DNA of 13,028 nucleotides from a virus (Duplodnaviria; Heunggongvirae; Uroviricota; Caudoviricetes): IMG/VR virus record IMGVR_UViG_2693429621_000007; one strand, 5' to 3'. Shown piece by piece: positions 8,580 to 13,028 of this stretch (position 1 is its first letter; each line of letters starts with the position of its first letter). The notes under the pieces were generated by a model. It saw only the letters and a program-made list of their open reading frames with translations, ran no database searches and was not told where the DNA came from. The position numbers and the translations under genes were made by a program.

Positions 8580-11500
8580 ATGGCAGTAAAGATTTCAGGT
8601 GTACTGAAAGACGGCACAGGAAAACCGGTACAGAACTGCACAATCCAGCTGAAAGCAAAACGTAACAGCACCACGGTGGTGGTGAACACGCTGGCCTCAG
8701 AAAATCCGGATGAAGCCGGGCGTTACAGCATGGACGTTGAGTACGGTCAGTACAGCGTTATTCTGTTGGTGGAAGGATTCCCGCCGTCACATGCCGGGAC
8801 CATCACCGTGTATGAAGATTCCCGACCCGGTACGCTGAATGATTTTCTCGGTGCCATGACGGAGGATGATGCCCGTCCGGAGGCACTGCGCCGTTTTGAG
8901 CTGATGGTGGAAGAGGTGGCGCGTAACGCGTCCGCGGTGGCACAGAACACGGCAGCCGCGAAGAAATCAGCCAGCGATGCCAGCACATCAGCCCGTGAGG
9001 CGGCAACCCATGCGACTGATGCTGCAGATTCAGCACGTGCAGCCAGCACGTCAGCCGGACAGGCCGCTTCGTCGGCTCAGTCAGCGTCTTCCAGCGCAGG
9101 AACGGCATCAACAAAGGCCACTGAAGCCTCAAAAAGTGCTGCCGCTGCAGAGTCCTCAAAAAGCGCGGCGGCTACCAGTGCCGGTGCGGCGAAAACGTTA
9201 GAAACGAATGCGGCAGCGTCACAACAATCAGCAGCCACTTCTGCATCCACCGCGACCACGAAAGCGTCAGAAGCTGCCACCTCAGCCCGGGATGCGTCGG
9301 CTTCAAAAGAGGCGGCAAAATCATCAGAAACGAACGCATCATCAAGCGCCAGTAGCGCAGCTTCCTCGGCGACGGCGGCTGCAAATTCTGCGAAGGCGGC
9401 CAAAACGTCCGAGACGAACGCCAGGTCTTCTGAAACGGCAGCGGGACAGAGTGCCTCAGCTGCGGCAGGCTCAAAAACAGCGGCTGCGTCGTCTGCCAGC
9501 GCCGCGTCAACAAGTGCCGGGCAGGCCTCAGCCAGTGCCACCGCCGCCGGAAAATCGGCAGAAAGCGCCGCATCATCCGCTTCAACAGCCACAACGAAGG
9601 CTGGCGAAGCCACTGAGCAGGCCACGGCAGCAGCGAGGTCAGCTTCCGCAGCGAAGACATCCGAAACGAACGCGAAAGCGTCGGAAACCCGTGCAGAATC
9701 CTCAAAAACGGCTGCCGCATCGTCCGCCAGTTCGGCGGCGTCATCGGCATCATCGGCGTCTGCTTCAAAAGATGAGGCGACCAGACAGGCGTCAGCAGCG
9801 AAGGGCAGCGCCACGACGGCATCCACGAAGGCGACAGAGGCTGCTGGTAGTGCGACGGCAGCAGCTCAGAGCAAAAGTACGGCGGAATCTGCAGCAACGC
9901 GCGCTGAGACAGCGGCAAAACGGGCAGAGGATATTGCATCCGCCGTGGCGCTTGAGGATGCGAGCACGACGAAAAAGGGGATAGTACAGCTCAGTAGTGC
10001 GACTAACAGCACTTCCGAGTCACTGGCGGCAACACCAAAAGCCGTTAAGGCCGCGTATGACCTGGCTAACGGGAAATACACCGCACAGGATGCAACGACA
10101 GCACAGAAAGGGATAATCCAGCTAAGCAGCGCGACCAACAGCACGTCTGAAACGCTGGCGGCAACGCCAAAGGCAGTAAAAGCAGCCAATGACAATGCTG
10201 AGAAACGTCTGCAGAAAGATCAGAACGGTGCGGATATCCCTGGCAAAGACACCTTTACGAAAAATATTGGTGCCTGCCGTGCCTTCGGTGGGTCAGTAAG
10301 CACAACAACAGGAAACTGGACGACTGCACAGTTTATCGAGTGGCTGGATTCTCAGGGAGCATTTAACCATCCATACTGGATGTGCAAGGGTTCCTGGTCT
10401 TATGGCAATAATAAAATCATTACTGATACTGGCTGCGGTAATATTCATCTCGCCGGAGCTGTCATTGAAGTAATGGGGATAAAGTCAGCGATGACGATCC
10501 GCATTACCACTCCGACCACATCCAGCGGTGGCGGAACAACCAACGCCCAGTTTACCTATATTAATCACGGAACAGATTATTCACCTGGCTGGCGAAGGGA
10601 CTATAACTCCAGAAATAAGCCAACGGCATCAGAGATCGGGGCGCTACCGTCAGGTGGAACAGCAGTATCATCAGTTAATCTGGCTTCAAAAGGTCGGGTA
10701 GCCGCGCTGACAGACAATACGCAGGGGGCAGCAGGTCTTGAGTTATACGAGGTGTATAACAACGGATATCCAACAGCGTATGGAAATATCATTCACCTGA
10801 AAGGGATGACAGCCGTTGGCGAAGGTGAGTTACTCATCGGCTGGAGTGGTACAAGCGGTGCTCATGCTCCGGCATTTATTCGTTCACGACGGGATACGAC
10901 CGACGCAAACTGGTCGCCGTGGGCGCAGCTTTACACCTCGGCTCATCCTCCTGCAGAGTTTTATCCAGTCGGTGCACCAATCCCGTGGCCATCAGATACC
11001 GTTCCGTCTGGTTATGCCCTGATGCAGGGGCAGACTTTTGACAAATCTGCTTACCCGAAACTTGCAGCCGCTTATCCGTCAGGCGTGATCCCTGATATGC
11101 GTGGCTGGACGATTAAGGGCAAGCCCGCCAGTGGTCGTGCCGTATTGTCTCAGGAACAGGATGGCATTAAATCGCACACCCACAGCGCCAGCGCATCCAG
11201 TACGGATTTGGGGACGAAAACCACATCGTCGTTTGATTACGGCACTAAATCCACGAATAACACCGGGGCGCATACGCACAGTCTGAGCGGCTCTACAAGT
11301 TCAGCTGGGGCCCACCAACATAGTCAGACTGGGCCCAGAACGAATAGCGGGAGTCAACCTACTGGAATGTTTCCGGCAGGGAGTACTCAAGTTAGCGGGA
11401 CTAATCAGGTTGGTATCAGTGGCTCATTAACCAGTGGCACCTCCCAATGGGTAGGTAAATCATCTTCAGAAGGAAACCATACACACTCACTGTCCGGCAC

Positions 11501-11663
11501 AGCAGCATCTGCGGGTGCACACGCGCATACTGTCGGTATTGGTGCTCATACGCACTCTGTTGCGATTGGTTCACATGGACACACCATCACCGTTAACGCT
11601 GCTGGTAACGCGGAAAACACCGTCAAAAACATCGCATTTAACTATATTGTGAGGCTCGCATAA
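8580..11663 (+). CDS. stf: Side tail fibre protein Stf, full length (about 1027 aa from ATG 8580; the ORF track starts at GTG 8574)
   Basis: N-terminus [26 protein letters not shown] matches lambda Stf as I recall it. Long Ala/Ser-rich low-complexity shaft (about 8935-9960). Tandem GI(V/I)[11 protein letters not shown](S/T)[11 protein letters not shown] tail-fibre repeats. C-terminal HxH-rich region ([36 protein letters not shown]) ending ...[11 protein letters not shown]. Followed by tfa, which overlaps the stop. Confidence 0.9.
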   Translation: MAVKISGVLKDGTGKPVQNCTIQLKAKRNSTTVVVNTLASENPDEAGRYSMDVEYGQYSVILLVEGFPPSHAGTITVYEDSRPGTLNDFLGAMTEDDARPEALRRFELMVEEVARNASAVAQNTAAAKKSASDASTSAREAATHATDAADSARAASTSAGQAASSAQSASSSAGTASTKATEASKSAAAAESSKSAAATSAGAAKTLETNAAASQQSAATSASTATTKASEAATSARDASASKEAAKSSETNASSSASSAASSATAAANSAKAAKTSETNARSSETAAGQSASAAAGSKTAAASSASAASTSAGQASASATAAGKSAESAASSASTATTKAGEATEQATAAARSASAAKTSETNAKASETRAESSKTAAASSASSAASSASSASASKDEATRQASAAKGSATTASTKATEAAGSATAAAQSKSTAESAATRAETAAKRAEDIASAVALEDASTTKKGIVQLSSATNSTSESLAATPKAVKAAYDLANGKYTAQDATTAQKGIIQLSSATNSTSETLAATPKAVKAANDNAEKRLQKDQNGADIPGKDTFTKNIGACRAFGGSVSTTTGNWTTAQFIEWLDSQGAFNHPYWMCKGSWSYGNNKIITDTGCGNIHLAGAVIEVMGIKSAMTIRITTPTTSSGGGTTNAQFTYINHGTDYSPGWRRDYNSRNKPTASEIGALPSGGTAVSSVNLASKGRVAALTDNTQGAAGLELYEVYNNGYPTAYGNIIHLKGMTAVGEGELLIGWSGTSGAHAPAFIRSRRDTTDANWSPWAQLYTSAHPPAEFYPVGAPIPWPSDTVPSGYALMQGQTFDKSAYPKLAAAYPSGVIPDMRGWTIKGKPASGRAVLSQEQDGIKSHTHSASASSTDLGTKTTSSFDYGTKSTNNTGAHTHSLSGSTSSAGAHQHSQTGPRTNSGSQPTGMFPAGSTQVSGTNQVGISGSLTSGTSQWVGKSSSEGNHTHSLSGTAASAGAHAHTVGIGAHTHSVAIGSHGHTITVNAAGNAENTVKNIAFNYIVRLA

Positions 11664-12244
11664 TGGCATTCAGAATGAGTGAACAAGCACGGACCATAAA
11701 AATTTATAACCTGCTGGCCGGAACTAATGAATTTATTGGTGAAGGTGACGCATATATTCCGCCTCATACAGGTCTGCCTGCAAACAGTACCGATATTGCA
11801 CCGCCAGATATTCCGGCTGGTTTCGTGGCTGTTTTCAACAGTGATGAGTCATCGTGGCATCTCGTTGAAGATCATCGGGGTAAAACGGTTTATGACGTGG
11901 CTTCCGGCGACGCGTTATTTATTTCTGAACTCGGCTCATTACCGGAAAATGTCACCTGGTTATCCCCGGAAGGGGAGTTTCAGAAGTGGAACGGCACAGC
12001 CTGGGTGAAGGATACGGAAGCAGAAAAACTGTTCCGGATCCGGGAGGCGGAAGAAACAAAAAACAGCCTGATGCAGGTAGCCAGTGAGCATATAGCGCCG
12101 CTTCAGGATGCTGTGGATCTGGAGATCGCAACGGAGAAAGAAACCTTGTTGCTGGAAGCTTGGAAAAAGTATCGGGTGTTGCTGAACCGTGTTGATACAT
12201 CAACTGCACCGGATATTGAATGGCCAGTAGCACCTATAGGGTAA
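11663..12244 (+). CDS. tfa: Tail fibre assembly protein Tfa (193 aa)
   Basis: Translation [51 protein letters not shown]... is near-identical to lambda Tfa as I recall it. The ATG overlaps the stf TAA (taATGg). A GAGG ribosome-binding site lies about 10 nt upstream. Confidence 0.92.
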   Translation: MAFRMSEQARTIKIYNLLAGTNEFIGEGDAYIPPHTGLPANSTDIAPPDIPAGFVAVFNSDESSWHLVEDHRGKTVYDVASGDALFISELGSLPENVTWLSPEGEFQKWNGTAWVKDTEAEKLFRIREAEETKNSLMQVASEHIAPLQDAVDLEIATEKETLLLEAWKKYRVLLNRVDTSTAPDIEWPVAPIG

Positions 12245-12993
12245 ATTCGTAATGATTACCTAAATACGTTATTCTTTTGTTAAAAAAGTGATTTTGCTAT
12301 AGGTAGGGAGTATGTTCTTGGATTAAGAATAAAAAATCGCCATGAAAGAGCTTCATGGCGAGTACATAAACGTACAAAATGTGATGAAAGTAGAGTGGCG
12401 TAAGCCACTATATTAAGATATGACAATAGCGAAGAAAAGTAAATAACATTTTATGGACGTTTAATTGTTAATTATAAAAACTAGAGTGCCCGATATTGTT
12501 TATCTTGCTTTAAAATAATGTACTCAAACCAAATTTTTGAGCTAAAAGCTCAAATAATATAAATGCAATAATAATGTTTAATAAGACAATTAGCTTGCTT
12601 TGTATTTTCATTTCGGAATACTGTTAAGTAACTTTGATGACCCTAACAATAGATCGGAATTTTCTTAGAGTCAATGGTCACTGTTTTTGCTTGCAAAGCA
12701 AATGTTTTGGTGGTTATAAGTCGTCTTAATATAGTCACGCATGCAACTTGTTCCATGCGGAGATTAAAGATTGGAATATAACGCGAAGATGGAATTAAAT
12801 TACATTTGCAATAATTAATTTATTATTACTCAATAATTACCGATATTATTATTGTAAATTAATCATTAGAATGCAAAAAGAAATGTAACGGCAAAATAAG
12901 AGGACGATAGCTGAGAAAAAAGCGTGCTTTCCCAATCTGGGGCAAATCACGTCTGAATGACACCTGAAAACAGGTGGTAGCCTCAAGAAGGCT
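12245..12993. other. AT-rich non-coding segment between tfa and IS1; no ORF of 60 codons or more on either strand
   Basis: Base composition is markedly more AT-rich than the flanking phage genes, judged by eye. The ORF track is empty here, and on the plus strand I found only ORFs of about 35 codons or fewer, all lacking a ribosome-binding site. Confidence 0.6.
12331..12361 (-). terminator. Terminator-like hairpin oriented for leftward (minus-strand) transcription
   Basis: Perfect 10-bp stem tcgccatgaa (12337-12346) and ttcatggcga (12352-12361) with loop agagc. On the minus strand the hairpin is followed by TTTTTT (plus-strand A-run 12331-12336). Confidence 0.45.
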
Positions 12994-13028
12994 GGTGATG
13001 CTGCCAACTTACTGATTTAGTGTATGAT
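12994..13028 (+). mobile_element. IS1 left terminal inverted repeat, partial at the window edge
   Basis: ggtgatgctgccaacttactgatttagtgtatgat matches the IS1 left end as I recall it (GGTGATGCTGCCAACTTACTGAT...). Only 35 bp are visible. Confidence 0.7.

Larger units (their letters stand above)
5880..8880 (+). repeat. Right copy of the imperfect direct repeat of about 3 kb (J 3' region, lom, stf 5' end)
   Basis: See left copy. This copy carries the lom 83-bp deletion and the alternative J C-terminal domain. Confidence 0.8.

Noticed and set aside
847..8880. Diversity-generating retroelement (template and variable repeat targeting a tail fibre) as the explanation for the duplicated J 3' region
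   Set aside because: No reverse transcriptase gene is present. The repeats are kilobase-scale and include whole neighbouring genes, and the differences are not adenine-specific. The pattern fits two prophage alleles instead.
8747..10195. Several overlapping ORFs on both strands inside stf (8747-9049, 8803-9159, 9077-9826, 9172-9939, 9208-9984, 9866-10195)
   Set aside because: These are frame artefacts of the GC-rich Ala/Ser-codon repetitive region. The alternative-frame products are low-complexity Arg/Pro/Gln or Ala/Asp strings.
12245..12993. Small protein-coding genes in the AT-rich segment (for example plus-strand ATGs at 12342, 12636, 12675)
   Set aside because: The longest plus-strand reading frames I found by hand are about 35 codons or fewer, lack a Shine-Dalgarno sequence, and one start sits inside a hairpin stem. 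The minus strand was checked only near the terminator and otherwise relies on the ORF track, which lists nothing of 60 codons or more, so very small proteins cannot be excluded.
1..13028. CRISPR array, tRNA/rRNA genes, integrase or phage attachment site
   Set aside because: No regularly spaced short direct repeats, no tRNA-like GC-rich cloverleaf candidates, no integrase ORF, and the lambda att core (GCTTTTTTATACTAA) is not present in the window.

Overview
This window is the tail-fibre end of a lambdoid (lambda-like) prophage that has been rearranged by insertion sequences. No novel system (defence, CRISPR, toxin-antitoxin, retron, RNA gene) is supportable from the sequence; the most unusual content is the rearrangement itself. 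Reading left to right: (1) 3' part of host-specificity gene J with a lambda-type C-terminus, entering from the left edge; (2) lom; (3) a 5' fragment of side-tail-fibre gene stf, cut off by (4) an IS21 element with intact istA but 3'-truncated istB; (5) the truncated istB runs in-frame into a second, divergent copy of the J 3' region, giving a 912-aa IstB::J chimeric ORF; (6) a second lom copy inactivated by an 83-bp deletion; (7) full-length stf (1029 aa) and tfa; (8) about 750 bp of AT-rich DNA with no ORF of 60 codons or more; (9) the left inverted repeat of IS1 at the right edge. All identifications rest on reading the supplied translations and recalled family sequences; no database search was run.
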